DNA of 64,000 nucleotides from Clostridia bacterium (GCA_017513095.1 JAFWDJ010000011.1:71297-135296), one strand, 5' to 3'. Numbered from the stretch's first letter, positions 28,989 to 39,090 are shown. Program-made: numbers and translations. Notes: a model not told the origin generated them from the letters alone.

Positions 28989-30404
28989 GTGTACGATCCC
29001 AAATCGAAAAAGGCCGAGGAGTTCATCGACCACGATGAGGTCATGGCAAGCCTTAAATTTGCCGAGGAAAACAAGCATAACGAAAAGCTGCTTCGGGAGA
29101 TCCTCGAACGCGCAAAGCTTCGCAAGGGTCTTCCCCACCGCGAGGCCACGGCCCTTTTGGAGTGCGAGATCGACGAGATAAACGAAGAGATATTAAAGCT
29201 TGCCGGTCAGATAAAGCGCGACTTTTACGGCAACCGCATCGTAATGTTCGCGCCTCTGTATCTTTCAAACTACTGCGTGAACGGCTGCCTTTACTGCCCG
29301 TATCATCTGAAGAACAAGCACATAAAGCGAAAGAAGCTTAGCCAGGAGGAAATAAAAAACGAGGTCATCGCCCTTATGGACATGGGCCACAAGCGCCTTG
29401 CGATAGAGGCCGGAGAGGACCCCGTAAACAATCCCATCGAATATATCCTCGAGAGCATAAAGACGATATACAGCGTTAAGCATAAAAACGGCGAGATACG
29501 CCGCGTCAACGTGAACATTGCCGCCACGACCGTGGAGAATTACAAAAAGCTCAAAGAAGCGGGCATCGGCACGTATATCCTCTTTCAGGAGACGTATCAC
29601 AAGGAGAGCTACGAGCGCCTTCATCCCACCGGCCCCAAGCACAACTACGCCTACCACACCGAGGCGATGGACAGAGCCATGGAGGGCGGCATAGACGACG
29701 TGGGACTCGGTGTGCTCTTCGGGCTCGAGCTTTACCGCTACGAGTTCGCGGCGCTTTTAATGCACGCGGAGCATCTTGAGGCCGCCTTCGGCGTGGGGCC
29801 GCATACGATAAGCATGCCCAGAGTAAAGCGCGCCGACGATATCGACCCCGACGTCTTCGACAACGGCATAAGCGACGAGCTTTTCGCAAAGATCTGCGCG
29901 CTCATACGCATAAGCGTGCCCTACACCGGCATGATAATCTCGACGCGCGAAAGTCAGGCCGTGCGCGAACGGCTGCTCGCGCTCGGCGTATCGCAGATAA
30001 GCGGCGCGTCGCGCACATCCGTGGGCGGCTACTCCGAAGAGGAGCGCCCGCACGATACGGAGCAGTTCGACGTGTCCGACACGCGCACGCTCGACGAGGT
30101 CGTGGGCTGGCTCGTAAAGCTGGGCTATATTCCCTCGTTCTGCACCGCCTGCTACCGCGAAGGGCGCACGGGCGACAGATTCATGAAGCTTTTAAAGAGC
30201 AATCAGATACAGAACTGCTGCCATCCGAACGCGCTCATGACCTTAAAGGAATATACCGAGGATTACGCCTCGCCCGAAACGAAGGCGATTGCCGACAAGC
30301 TCATCCTCGACGAAACGAAGAACGTACCGAACGAGAACGTGCGCCGCATAGTTTTAGATAATCTTAAAAAAATTGAATCGGGCGCGCGCGATTTCAGATT
30401 TTAG
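28989..30404 (+). CDS. hydG: [FeFe]-hydrogenase maturase HydG
   Basis: FAPLYLSNYCVNGCLYC radical SAM motif and C-terminal PSFCTACYR...CCHPN. Confidence 0.95.
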   Translation: MYDPKSKKAEEFIDHDEVMASLKFAEENKHNEKLLREILERAKLRKGLPHREATALLECEIDEINEEILKLAGQIKRDFYGNRIVMFAPLYLSNYCVNGCLYCPYHLKNKHIKRKKLSQEEIKNEVIALMDMGHKRLAIEAGEDPVNNPIEYILESIKTIYSVKHKNGEIRRVNVNIAATTVENYKKLKEAGIGTYILFQETYHKESYERLHPTGPKHNYAYHTEAMDRAMEGGIDDVGLGVLFGLELYRYEFAALLMHAEHLEAAFGVGPHTISMPRVKRADDIDPDVFDNGISDELFAKICALIRISVPYTGMIISTRESQAVRERLLALGVSQISGASRTSVGGYSEEERPHDTEQFDVSDTRTLDEVVGWLVKLGYIPSFCTACYREGRTGDRFMKLLKSNQIQNCCHPNALMTLKEYTEDYASPETKAIADKLILDETKNVPNENVRRIVLDNLKKIESGARDFRF

Positions 30405-30416
30405 GAGGTGCCTTAA

Positions 30417-31616
30417 GTGGGACTTAACGATACCCCCGCCTCGGAGCGCGTCCATATAGGCTTTTTCGGCTGCACGAACGCGGGCAAATCGAGCGTCGTA
30501 AACGCCGTGACGGGGCAGAATCTCGCCATCGTCTCCGACGTTTCGGGCACGACGACCGACCCTGTGTTAAAGACTATGGAGCTTTTGCCCCTGGGCCCCG
30601 TCGTGATAATCGATACGGCGGGCATCGACGACACGGGCGAGCTTGGGCAGCTTCGCATGAAGAAAAGCCGCGATATTTTAAGAAAGACCGACATCGCCGT
30701 ATTAGTGGTCGACGCTGCGGCGGGCCTTTCCCCCGCCGATGTTTCGCTCATCGGGGATTTCGGGCGGCTCGGCGTGCCGTATATCATCGCCTACAACAAG
30801 TGCGATCTTCTTAAAAGCATTCCCGCGCCCGCAAAGCGCGAAATATACGTAAGCGCGAAAAGCGGCGAAAACATAAGCGAGTTAAAGGAGCGCATTGCCG
30901 CGTTAAAGCCCGAGGGCCGCGAAAAGCCGCTTATCTCCGATAAGCTCTCGCGCGGCGATATCGTGATACTCGTCGTGCCTATCGACAAATCAGCGCCCAA
31001 GGGAAGACTCATACTGCCCCAGCAGCAGACGATACGCGACGTTCTCAGCGTCGGCGCGCTCTCGCTCGTAACGGGTGTCGGTGAGCTTTCCGACGCGCTC
31101 GCGCGTCTTCGCGGCGGCGTGCGCATGGTGATAACCGACAGCCAGGTCTTCTCCGAGGTCTCGCGCATAGTGCCGCCCGACGTGCCGCTTTGCTCGTTTT
31201 CGATACTTTTCGCGCGGCTGAAGGGCGACCTTAAAACACTGACGGACGGCGCGCGCACACTCAAAGACCTCCCCGACGGCGCGCGCGTTCTCATAAGCGA
31301 GGGCTGCACCCATCACCGCCAGTGCGAGGACATCGGCACGGTAAAGCTGCCGAAATGGATACGCGAATACACGGGGCGCGATATCGGGTTCGAGTTTACC
31401 TCGGGCGGCGAGTTCCCCGACGACCTGTCGCGCTTCTCGCTCGTCGTTCACTGCGGCGGATGTATGCTCAATGAACGTGAAATGAAGCACCGCATAGCAA
31501 AGGCGAAGCTTGACGGCGTGCCGATAACGAATTACGGCACCGCGATAGCCGAAATGAAGGGCATTTTAAAACGAAGCCTTGAGATTTTTGAAGGAACGGA
31601 CGAAAATGGGTATTAA
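30417..31616 (+). CDS. hydF: [FeFe]-hydrogenase maturase GTPase HydF
   Basis: NAGKSS, GTTTDPV, GRLILPQQQ, CTHH and HCGGC motifs. Confidence 0.96.
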   Translation: MGLNDTPASERVHIGFFGCTNAGKSSVVNAVTGQNLAIVSDVSGTTTDPVLKTMELLPLGPVVIIDTAGIDDTGELGQLRMKKSRDILRKTDIAVLVVDAAAGLSPADVSLIGDFGRLGVPYIIAYNKCDLLKSIPAPAKREIYVSAKSGENISELKERIAALKPEGREKPLISDKLSRGDIVILVVPIDKSAPKGRLILPQQQTIRDVLSVGALSLVTGVGELSDALARLRGGVRMVITDSQVFSEVSRIVPPDVPLCSFSILFARLKGDLKTLTDGARTLKDLPDGARVLISEGCTHHRQCEDIGTVKLPKWIREYTGRDIGFEFTSGGEFPDDLSRFSLVVHCGGCMLNEREMKHRIAKAKLDGVPITNYGTAIAEMKGILKRSLEIFEGTDENGY

Positions 31617-32319
31617 GACGATACGCACGGTCTCATTCGGCGGTATTCCCATAGAATATACACTCGAACGGAAGCCCGTAAAGAACATAAATCTGCGCGT
31701 GAGGTCCGATAAAAGCGTATACGTCTCCGCGAACGCGCGTGTTCCCGTGCGATATATTGACGATTTCGTCCGCTCGAAGGGCGCGTTCATAATAAACGCG
31801 CAAAAGAAGACGGCGGCAGCGCCGAAAAGCGCCGCCGCACCAAAAAAATATGAGAACGGCGAGGCCTTTCGCCTTCTGGGACGGACGTTTTATCTAAAAA
31901 TAACCGAGGGCGCGAAGGAAGGCGTTTACGCCGAGGATGACCGCCTTGTTGTCATTCAGAAAAACGTGTCTGACAAAAAGCGCACCGAACGGCTCGTAAA
32001 AAGCTTTAAGCTCGAGCTTTGCAAAAGCGTGTTTACGAAGCTTCATAAGGCACGCTATCCCGATTTTCAGGCGTACACGCGCGGCCTGCCCGCGCTTCGC
32101 ATACGCGATATGAAGTCACGCTGGGGCTCGTGCATCCCCGCGAAGAACGTGATAACGCTCAATTCGCGCCTCATCGAAAAATCGCCCGAGCTTATAGATT
32201 ACGTCGTGCTTCACGAATACTGCCACTTCGTTCACCCGAACCATTCGGCGGCGTTTCACGCGCTCGTGGCGCGTTATATGCCCGACTGGAAGAAAAGAAG
32301 AACGCTTCTTAACGCGTAA
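31606..32319 (+). CDS. YgjP/DUF45-like zinc metallopeptidase-family protein
   Basis: MKSRWGSC and YVVLHEYCHFVHPNHS motifs. Confidence 0.88.
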   Translation: MGIKTIRTVSFGGIPIEYTLERKPVKNINLRVRSDKSVYVSANARVPVRYIDDFVRSKGAFIINAQKKTAAAPKSAAAPKKYENGEAFRLLGRTFYLKITEGAKEGVYAEDDRLVVIQKNVSDKKRTERLVKSFKLELCKSVFTKLHKARYPDFQAYTRGLPALRIRDMKSRWGSCIPAKNVITLNSRLIEKSPELIDYVVLHEYCHFVHPNHSAAFHALVARYMPDWKKRRTLLNA

Positions 32320-32344
32320 GCGCAAGGAAGCGTTTATTTTTTCG

Positions 32345-32456
32345 CCGCCTCCCAACCCGAGGGGAAGGCAATACGGGCGCACGATGCGCCCGACACGGCT
32401 TGACCGATGGGGATGCTTTGGCTCACGTAAAGCGTTCCACCCCGCGGGGGAAGGCT
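32345..32456. repeat. Degenerate REP-like palindromes
   Basis: GCCTCCC...GAGGGGAAGGC, GGGCGCA-cga-TGCGCCC and TTCCACC...GGGGGAAGGC; related to the 25337 cluster. Confidence 0.5.
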
Positions 32457-32639
32457 AAAACCGCGGCCGTGTGGATGCGCAAATCCATACACACAAACTT
32501 TTTTCTGCGTTTCTAAAAAAACGCCGCCAAAAAGCCATATTTATTTCCATAAATGTTTTTTATTATATTTGCTTTTTTCGTTTGAATTACTTATTATAAT
32601 ATAGTCAATTTATATTTACTTAATTGAAAGGATCCCCGC

Positions 32640-34064
32640 ATGAATACAAAAGTCAACTCAAAGGGCGTTTTCGTCGTGCTTGTGCTGGGCGCGATAATAA
32701 CCGCTCTCGTATCTACGGTGATGAGCACCGCGCTGCCCGCAATCATGGCGGAATTCGTCATCCCCGCTTCGCAGGCACAGCTCGTCACGAGCATATATTC
32801 GCTAGTAAGCGGCGTTATGATACTCGCGACCGCCGTTATAATCAAAAAGTTCAAGACAAGACGCCTCTTTCTTACGGGAATGTTCCTTTTCTCAATAGGC
32901 GTGCTCCTGTGCGCGATATGCCCCACCTACGGCGTAATGCTCGCGGGGCGCGTCGTTCAGGGCGTGGGCTACGGCATAATTATCTCGCTTACACAGGTTG
33001 TTATACTTACGATAGTGCCCGAGGGACGGCGGGGATTTGCAATGGGCATATACGGCTTCGCCGTAGTGCTTGCGCCAATCCTGGGCCCCATTTTAGGCGG
33101 CCTCGTCATCGACCATTATTCGTGGCGGCTCATATTCTGGATAATACTGCTCATCTGCGCGGTCGATATCATCCTGGGTCTCATATTCATGCGCAACGTG
33201 CTTGAGAACACGCCTCAGCGCTTCGACGTGCCCTCCATGATACTTGCGGCAGTGGGCTTTACGGGCGTAGTGCTCGGCACGGGCAATATCGGCACTTATC
33301 CGTTCTTAAGCGTTCAGACGGGACTTCTTCTCTTAGTCGGCGTCGCGGCCCTCGTCGTATTCGCGCTTCGTCAGATGAAGCTTGAAAACCCGCTTCTTAA
33401 TCTTCGCGTCTTTACGGAGCGCGACTTCACCGTGGCCGTCATAATGAGCGTCATCCTCTACGGCACGATGAACGCCATGCCCACGATTATGCCCATACTC
33501 GTTCAGACGATAATGGGACACAGCGCGACGATGTTCGGCATAATAATCGCACCCTGCTCCGTGCTCATGGCAGTCTTAAGCCCCTTTACGGGCAAGCTCT
33601 TCGATAAGATTGGCATGCGTCCGCTCGCGCTCATCGGCTGCGTGCTTGCGACGATAAGCAATGCGTGCATACTGTTTGTGCGCCGGGACAGCCCCGTTAT
33701 ACTTCTCATCGCGATACTTATCGTATTCGGCATCGGCATGGCCTTCGTCGTTATGAATCTCGTCACCTTCGGCATGGAAAAGCTTGAGGGCGCAAAGAAA
33801 ACGGACGGCACCGCGCTCATCACCTGCCTTCGCACAATGGGCAGCGCGCTCGGGACGGCAGGCTTCGTGGCGCTCATGTCCGTCGGCACGACCGCAGGAC
33901 AGTATACTGTTGAGAACGTGCACCACAGCTATATAGGCATGACCGTTTGCACCGCGATTACGGTGATTATCGTAATTGTCTTCATTCGGGGAAAGAAAAA
34001 GGACGAAAAGAATAAGCTTCCGGCGCCCGAGACGCCGATCGAAAGCGAAGGCGAAAACGAATAA
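32640..34064 (+). CDS. DHA2 (EmrB/QacA, LmrB-like) MFS efflux transporter
   Basis: ~14 TM helices; GRVVQGVG, LAPILGPILGG, SWRLIF and PLLNLRVF motifs. Confidence 0.92.
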   Translation: MNTKVNSKGVFVVLVLGAIITALVSTVMSTALPAIMAEFVIPASQAQLVTSIYSLVSGVMILATAVIIKKFKTRRLFLTGMFLFSIGVLLCAICPTYGVMLAGRVVQGVGYGIIISLTQVVILTIVPEGRRGFAMGIYGFAVVLAPILGPILGGLVIDHYSWRLIFWIILLICAVDIILGLIFMRNVLENTPQRFDVPSMILAAVGFTGVVLGTGNIGTYPFLSVQTGLLLLVGVAALVVFALRQMKLENPLLNLRVFTERDFTVAVIMSVILYGTMNAMPTIMPILVQTIMGHSATMFGIIIAPCSVLMAVLSPFTGKLFDKIGMRPLALIGCVLATISNACILFVRRDSPVILLIAILIVFGIGMAFVVMNLVTFGMEKLEGAKKTDGTALITCLRTMGSALGTAGFVALMSVGTTAGQYTVENVHHSYIGMTVCTAITVIIVIVFIRGKKKDEKNKLPAPETPIESEGENE

Positions 34065-34068
34065 AGCG

Positions 34069-34104
34069 CAAACGGGCGGAGCCAAAAGGCTCCGCCCGTT
34101 TTTT
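34069..34104. terminator. Bidirectional terminator
   Basis: AAACGGGCGGAGCC-aaaa-GGCTCCGCCCGTTTTTT. Confidence 0.85.
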
Positions 34105-36848
34105 TATACCGTCGGATAAAACCTGTAATGTCCGCGCCAGGCGTACCATTCGCCCGCGCTCATGGCCGCGGGCTGACTGCCCCGGCTGAACAGAATAAAA
34201 TATCCCTTGCTGCCCGCGCCGTCGTAATAATAATCGACGGCGTTTTTGCCGCAGCCGAAGCCTCTGTCGAGATACATCTCAAGGCTTACCGTGCCGCCCT
34301 TCGCCGTGACGCACTCCACCTCGGATGCGTTCTTGTAGTCGTCGACCGTCGCCGCCGTAATAAGCGAGCTTGTGTACTCCGGAATATGAAGGTTCGGCGC
34401 GAACGCGCTGCCCGCGAACTGAAGCCCCGAATACCATCTCATGAGTATATCCTCAAGCGGCGTGAAATCGACGCCCACCTCTATCAGGCCGCCGCCCAGA
34501 AATCTTGCGAAGCCGTGCTCCTCGAGGCATTCGCGGCCCGTGCCGTATCCGTTTGCGTCGCGCTCAAGCTTTGCCGTATTGCCCGCCTGAACGCGGTTGA
34601 CCCAGCGTATTTCGACATTCTTTCCCGCGATATTCGGCGCGTCGGTCTCTTTTCCGTCCGCATAGACCTTCCACGTGACGGTACGCGCCGTAGGCGTGCC
34701 GTTTGCGGCGCTGTCCGTGTATATGTTATGGTTGCCGCCCGTCGTGTTCGACGAAATAATGCCCTTTGAGGGGTCGAGCCTGTCGCCGTCGGCGTCGTCC
34801 GCGGCGGCGAAATCATACGGGCCTATCCAGTCCGTAGAGGTTGAAAAGAGCGGAGTTCCCTTATAAGACGCGCCGGCCAGATTCATAAGCCTGTTGTTTC
34901 CCCACTTGCGCCATGAGAACGTAAAATCTCCGTCGTGCACGATTATGCCGTCGTCAGTCCTTCTTGCGTTCAGCGCCGAGCCGGGTATAATATCGCGCAC
35001 GTCGCTTACCTGCGTGAGCACGGTAACGCCCGCCGGATTTGCGTCGTTCCCGTTTACGTACATGACGGCCGCGCCTTCCGGCGCCGTAATGAGCGTCTCC
35101 ATTCCGCCGCTGTCGGGATAAAAGCTTTCGCTTGCGACAATGTTTCCGTCGCCGTCGAGCATCGTACAAAGTGCGTAGCTTACTGACGCCGCCTGATAGC
35201 CCGCGACGCGGTAACGGCCGCCCGGACGCACTTCGTATTCGAGACAATGATGCGACCCCGCAAGCGCCGACGTATCAATAAGACTTGTGTGGAGCGCACT
35301 GTAAAGCCTGTTCGTATACGTCTGCGACGGCGCCGCAGTATCGCCGTCGATGTACGGCCTGTCAAGCTTTGCGCTCTCAAGCGCGGCGATATCGCGCGTG
35401 TTTTCTTCTATAATTTCATGCCAGCCCGATATATCGTCGAAAAAATCGTAGATGATCATGCGCGCGGGACGGCCGGTGTATCCGAGCACGTAAATATACT
35501 CCGCGCCCGCGGGCGCGTAAACGTCCGCCGTAACGCTGCCGGCCGCCGAAAGGCCCGGCGGCGCGTATTCGATGCAGTCGTCGTTCCCGTCGAAGAACGC
35601 GTAGAGCACGTTGCTCTGCGACGGCATAACGCCCCAAAGACTCAGCTTCTGCCCCGGCTCTACCTCGAATTTGTTCACGTAATATCCGGAGTATTCCACA
35701 AACCCGCCTGAGGGACGGAATATGCGGTTTTCATACGTCGCGGTCGGCGTCTGCTCGAAAAGCTCGTACGGCTTGTCAAGCTTGCCGCGTATTTCGTCGT
35801 ACCACGGCGCAATGTCGCGTATGAGCGTAACTTCATATACGTCCGGCTCAAACGTGGCTGTTCCGTTTACGTGAATATAGCTTGCGCCCTCGGGCATATC
35901 GGCATATAGCGTCTTTTCTCCGTTTCCCGTGAGACTTGCGGGAGACGACGCTATCATCTCGTCGTTTTCGTTGAAAACGCTGTAAAGCGGATATGAGTAG
36001 TTTGGCTGCGCGCCGATGATACGCAGCTTTTCCCCCGCCGCCGCTTCAAACGTGTAGCAGCGGTTCTGCGCCGAAATCCCCTCGCTAACGAACTCGGCGC
36101 GGCTTACGCTGTACAGCGTACCGCTGCGGCGTTCCTCGGGCAAACGGCGCAAAAGCGTTTCGGGTACATCAAGCTTTCGCTCCGAAAGAGCCGCAATCGC
36201 GCCGCCCACGGCCGCCGCGTCCGCCGCATGACCCGCAAGGGACAGTTCCGCGTCGATGTTCAGTATCTCGCCGTTGTCGCCCTTATCACCCTTGTCGCCC
36301 TTGTCGCCTTTATCGCCCTTCGGTATCGTGAAGCTTAAAACGGCGTCGTTTGCGGTGCCGGCGTTTACGACGGACGCCTCGCTTCCGGCCTCGCCCGTCG
36401 TCACCATGCCTACTTCAACGGTGGCGGCGTCGCCCTTGTCGCCCTTGTCGCCCTTAACCCTGCCCGCGCCGATAAGCGAAAGCATCTCTTCCCACATCGT
36501 GGGTGAGGGCTCGCGTCCCTCGGGCGCGCCTTTCGCGCCCGCCTCAACAGGCAGCGGCGGCGTATACACCGTAGGCATTCTTACGCCCTCGCGCACGCCG
36601 TACACGCCTATTTTAAGCTGCGCCTTGCCCATCGGGCTCCTTTCAAGCGTCTCCCACGGGATAATGCACTCGCCGTCTACGACGGGCGCCTCGCGTTCAT
36701 CGCTCTGCGATGAAAAAACGGCCGTTTTCTCAAATCCGTCCCATTCTGGCGAGAACTCAAAAAGACAGCGGTAAAGATTTTCGCTGCCGCTCACAAGCCT
36801 GTCCGCCTGTAAGACCGTTATCTCCTGTCCCCTTACTTTTAATACCAT
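34104..36848 (-). CDS. Orphan phage tail-fibre/baseplate (BppU-like) protein with collagen repeats and three tandem beta-sandwich repeats
   Basis: N-terminus FEFSPEWDGFEKTAVF...CIIPWE...IGVYG typical of siphophage upper-baseplate/fibre proteins; (GDK)n tracts; VTTGEAGSEASVVNAGT spacer; GGGGA RBS. Confidence 0.7.
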   Translation of the reverse strand: MVLKVRGQEITVLQADRLVSGSENLYRCLFEFSPEWDGFEKTAVFSSQSDEREAPVVDGECIIPWETLERSPMGKAQLKIGVYGVREGVRMPTVYTPPLPVEAGAKGAPEGREPSPTMWEEMLSLIGAGRVKGDKGDKGDAATVEVGMVTTGEAGSEASVVNAGTANDAVLSFTIPKGDKGDKGDKGDKGDNGEILNIDAELSLAGHAADAAAVGGAIAALSERKLDVPETLLRRLPEERRSGTLYSVSRAEFVSEGISAQNRCYTFEAAAGEKLRIIGAQPNYSYPLYSVFNENDEMIASSPASLTGNGEKTLYADMPEGASYIHVNGTATFEPDVYEVTLIRDIAPWYDEIRGKLDKPYELFEQTPTATYENRIFRPSGGFVEYSGYYVNKFEVEPGQKLSLWGVMPSQSNVLYAFFDGNDDCIEYAPPGLSAAGSVTADVYAPAGAEYIYVLGYTGRPARMIIYDFFDDISGWHEIIEENTRDIAALESAKLDRPYIDGDTAAPSQTYTNRLYSALHTSLIDTSALAGSHHCLEYEVRPGGRYRVAGYQAASVSYALCTMLDGDGNIVASESFYPDSGGMETLITAPEGAAVMYVNGNDANPAGVTVLTQVSDVRDIIPGSALNARRTDDGIIVHDGDFTFSWRKWGNNRLMNLAGASYKGTPLFSTSTDWIGPYDFAAADDADGDRLDPSKGIISSNTTGGNHNIYTDSAANGTPTARTVTWKVYADGKETDAPNIAGKNVEIRWVNRVQAGNTAKLERDANGYGTGRECLEEHGFARFLGGGLIEVGVDFTPLEDILMRWYSGLQFAGSAFAPNLHIPEYTSSLITAATVDDYKNASEVECVTAKGGTVSLEMYLDRGFGCGKNAVDYYYDGAGSKGYFILFSRGSQPAAMSAGEWYAWRGHYRFYPTV
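36274..36455 (-). repeat. 9-bp tandem repeats encoding (Gly-Asp-Lys)n collagen-like tracts
   Basis: Repeated cccttgtcg-like units at 36274-36320 and 36428-36455. Confidence 0.85.
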
Positions 36849-37061
36849 ACAATTCCCCCTGTCGCAAATTTTGCTCCTCTTTTATAAGCGGCTGTTCGCG
36901 GCGCGTTTTGCACGCGCCGCCCCTTCGCTTTACTTTGATTATGTCCGCAGCCGCAGCGCAAGTCCATGACATAAGCGCGTTGGACGCATTTTCGGCACTT
37001 TCCGTTAAAAAACGCGGATAAACCGCGCCGAAAGCGCGAAATTTGCGCATTTCGCGCTATA

Positions 37062-37093
37062 AACGAAAAGCGGGCTTTTGCCCGCTTTTTCGT
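37062..37093. terminator. Terminator after cotJC
   Basis: GAAAAGCGGGC-tttt-GCCCGCTTTT. Confidence 0.75.
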
Positions 37094-37689
37094 CACTTAT
37101 CATACGAGGGGTTGTATGCGTAGTAGTTTTTGCAGTCGAGCTTCGATTTCGCGATCTCAAGCGCCTCGCCGAAGCGCTGGAAGTGCACGATCTCGCGCTC
37201 TCTAAGAAACTTTATCGGGTCGCGCACGTCGGGATCGTCTATAAGGCGCAGGATGTTGTCGTAGCTTATGCGCGCCTTCTGCTCCGCCGCAAGGTCCTCG
37301 AAAAGGTCGGCGAGCACGTCGCCCGTTGAGGCTATCGTCTTCGCCGAGAACGGCGTGCCGTTCGCGTCCGCGGGATATATGCCCGCCGTGTGATTTACGA
37401 AATACGCGTCGAGTCCGCTTGCCTTAATCTCTTCCGGCGTCATTTTCCGCGTAAGCTGATGGATTATCGCACTCACCATCTCAAGATGCGCAAGCTCCTC
37501 CGTGCCCACGTCGTTCAAAGTCGCCTTTATGCGGCTGTCGGGCGCGCTTATTCGCTGCGAAAGATATCGCGTTGCCGCGCCCAGCTCCCCGTGCGGCCCG
37601 CCGAGCTGCGCCATAATGACCTTTGCCGCCGTCGGATTCGGGGTCTTTATTTTCACGGGGTATTGAAGCTTCTTTTCATATATCCACAT
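37093..37689 (-). CDS. cotJC: Spore coat manganese-catalase-family protein CotJC
   Basis: MWIYEKKLQYPV, GGPHGE, GTEELAHLE and REREIVHFQRFGE motifs. Confidence 0.95.
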   Translation of the reverse strand: MWIYEKKLQYPVKIKTPNPTAAKVIMAQLGGPHGELGAATRYLSQRISAPDSRIKATLNDVGTEELAHLEMVSAIIHQLTRKMTPEEIKASGLDAYFVNHTAGIYPADANGTPFSAKTIASTGDVLADLFEDLAAEQKARISYDNILRLIDDPDVRDPIKFLREREIVHFQRFGEALEIAKSKLDCKNYYAYNPSYDK

Positions 37690-37970
37690 CAGGCGTTCAC
37701 CCCCGTTTCCCCGGATTCAAAGCCGTATTCCCACGGCCACGGCGCCTCGGCCCACGTAAATGCGCCGCCGTACGCGCTCCCCGCCGCCGTGACGGGGCCG
37801 TATTTCGCCGCGTATTCGGCCGTCGCTTCGTCCCGCTTTTTTATGAGCTCGTTTAAGAAGGCCAGAGCCTTTTTGCAGTCGGGGTGCGTGTCGAGAAAGA
37901 GATTCGTTTCGACTATGGCGAAGCCCAGGATCTGAAGCGTTCGCATAAGCTTATCTTTTTCGCCGTTCAC
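37689..37970 (-). CDS. cotJB: Spore coat protein CotJB
   Basis: FAIVETNLFLDTHP...YGP...W..APWPWE; GTG start overlaps the cotJA stop codon. Confidence 0.92.
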   Translation of the reverse strand: MNGEKDKLMRTLQILGFAIVETNLFLDTHPDCKKALAFLNELIKKRDEATAEYAAKYGPVTAAGSAYGGAFTWAEAPWPWEYGFESGETGVNA

Positions 37971-38191
37971 CGGGGCACCGCCTCCTCTCCTATGAAGGGC
38001 TTGTCGAGCGCCGTAAAAAGCGTGCCGCGCATGAGCGCAGCTTCCGCGTCGTAAAGCCCCTCCCATTCCTGCATGGGCGCGTATGCCATTGCAAGCGGCA
38101 GCGGCGAGCACGACGTATAGGGAAATACCGCCGTATCCGCCGAGCCGCCGCCCGGGCAGCAGTCTGTCCGGTTCACATTAGTCTTCTGCAT
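37967..38191 (-). CDS. cotJA: Spore coat protein CotJA
   Basis: PLAMAYAPMQEW...AL.RGTLF..LDKPF motif. Confidence 0.92.
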   Translation of the reverse strand: MQKTNVNRTDCCPGGGSADTAVFPYTSCSPLPLAMAYAPMQEWEGLYDAEAALMRGTLFTALDKPFIGEEAVPR

Positions 38192-38355
38192 CGTTTTGCT
38201 CCCTTTTAAATCTATATAAAGGGCAAAACGGAGGCGTGTGCCTCCGCCGCCCGTGGTATATATTACTCCGTCGGGCCGCGGTATGTGAATCGCGGGGATT
38301 TATTTGGGCTTTATGCGGCTTTATGCGAAGTTTTGCGCGACGGGGGCGTATTAAA

Positions 38356-38394
38356 ATTATACGTATTGACTTAATACGTATAATATGGTAGTAT
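38356..38394 (+). promoter_or_regulatory. hicAB promoter with a palindromic operator
   Basis: TTGACT-N17-TAGTAT (TG-extended), overlapped by the perfect 12-bp inverted repeat ATTATACGTATT-N5-AATACGTATAAT. Confidence 0.8.
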
Positions 38395-38438
38395 ATTAAC
38401 TGCAAGGAGCCCTTATAATAACGAAGGGAGGCATAAGA

Positions 38439-38627
38439 ATGCCGAAAACTCCCAAGGCTATGGAAAAGATAATACTTGCCGACGGCTGGGTCTTCAAATC
38501 CCAGGAGGGGTCTCATAGGCATTACGTGCATCCCACAAAGAAGGGCAAGGTAACTATCCCGTTCCACAAGAAGGAATTAGGTATCTTCGTTGAAAAGTCC
38601 ATAATGAAGCAGGCCGGGCTTTTATAG
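38439..38627 (+). CDS. hicA: Type II TA toxin HicA
   Basis: DGW...GSHRHYVHPTKKGKVTIPFH...SIMKQAGL motif. Confidence 0.95.
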   Translation: MPKTPKAMEKIILADGWVFKSQEGSHRHYVHPTKKGKVTIPFHKKELGIFVEKSIMKQAGLL

Positions 38628-38664
38628 CCCCCCGACGCTTTACAATCTATTGGAGTGTGATTAT

Positions 38665-39090
38665 ATGTTATCCGCATACCCTGCGTGCTTCTTTAAAGAG
38701 GAGTCGGGTTACAGCGTGGTCTTTCCCGACCTTAATTATCTTTCCACCTGCGGCGATTCTCTCGACGAAGCGCTGTCCGCCGCCATCGACTGTCTGGCCG
38801 GGTATCTATACGTTTCAGAAAAAGACGGAGAAGTCATTTTACCGCCCTCCGATCCGTCGGCGGTCGATCTTAAAGCGGTCGCGTCCGAGCTCGGCGTTCC
38901 GGCTCCGCCTTCGTCCTTCGTGAACGTGGTCACGGTAGACGTAAAAGAGTACGCAAAAAAGCATTTTGAACGATCGGTCAAAAAAACGCTTACGATTCCC
39001 GTGTGGCTCAACGAAGCCGCGCAGCGGGAGGGTCTGAACTTCTCTCAGGTCCTGCAGGAGGCCTTAAAAGAGCGCCTGAGCATAAATTAG
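38665..39090 (+). CDS. hicB: Type II TA antitoxin HicB
   Basis: YPACF...YSVVFPDL...TCGDSLDEA, plus C-terminal RHH VKKTLTIP.WLN...LNFSQVLQEAL. Confidence 0.95.
   Translation: MLSAYPACFFKEESGYSVVFPDLNYLSTCGDSLDEALSAAIDCLAGYLYVSEKDGEVILPPSDPSAVDLKAVASELGVPAPPSSFVNVVTVDVKEYAKKHFERSVKKTLTIPVWLNEAAQREGLNFSQVLQEALKERLSIN

Noticed and set aside
25965-36848. A single prophage linking the MuF cassettes and the tail-fibre gene
   Set aside because: The intervening genes (GNAT, hydG, hydF, YgjP, MFS) are host genes; there is no integrase, terminase, portal or lysis gene.
36850-37060. Sporulation sigma (E/K/G) promoter for the fibre-like gene
   Set aside because: A CATAAT is present on the minus strand, but the -35 and spacing do not fit convincingly.
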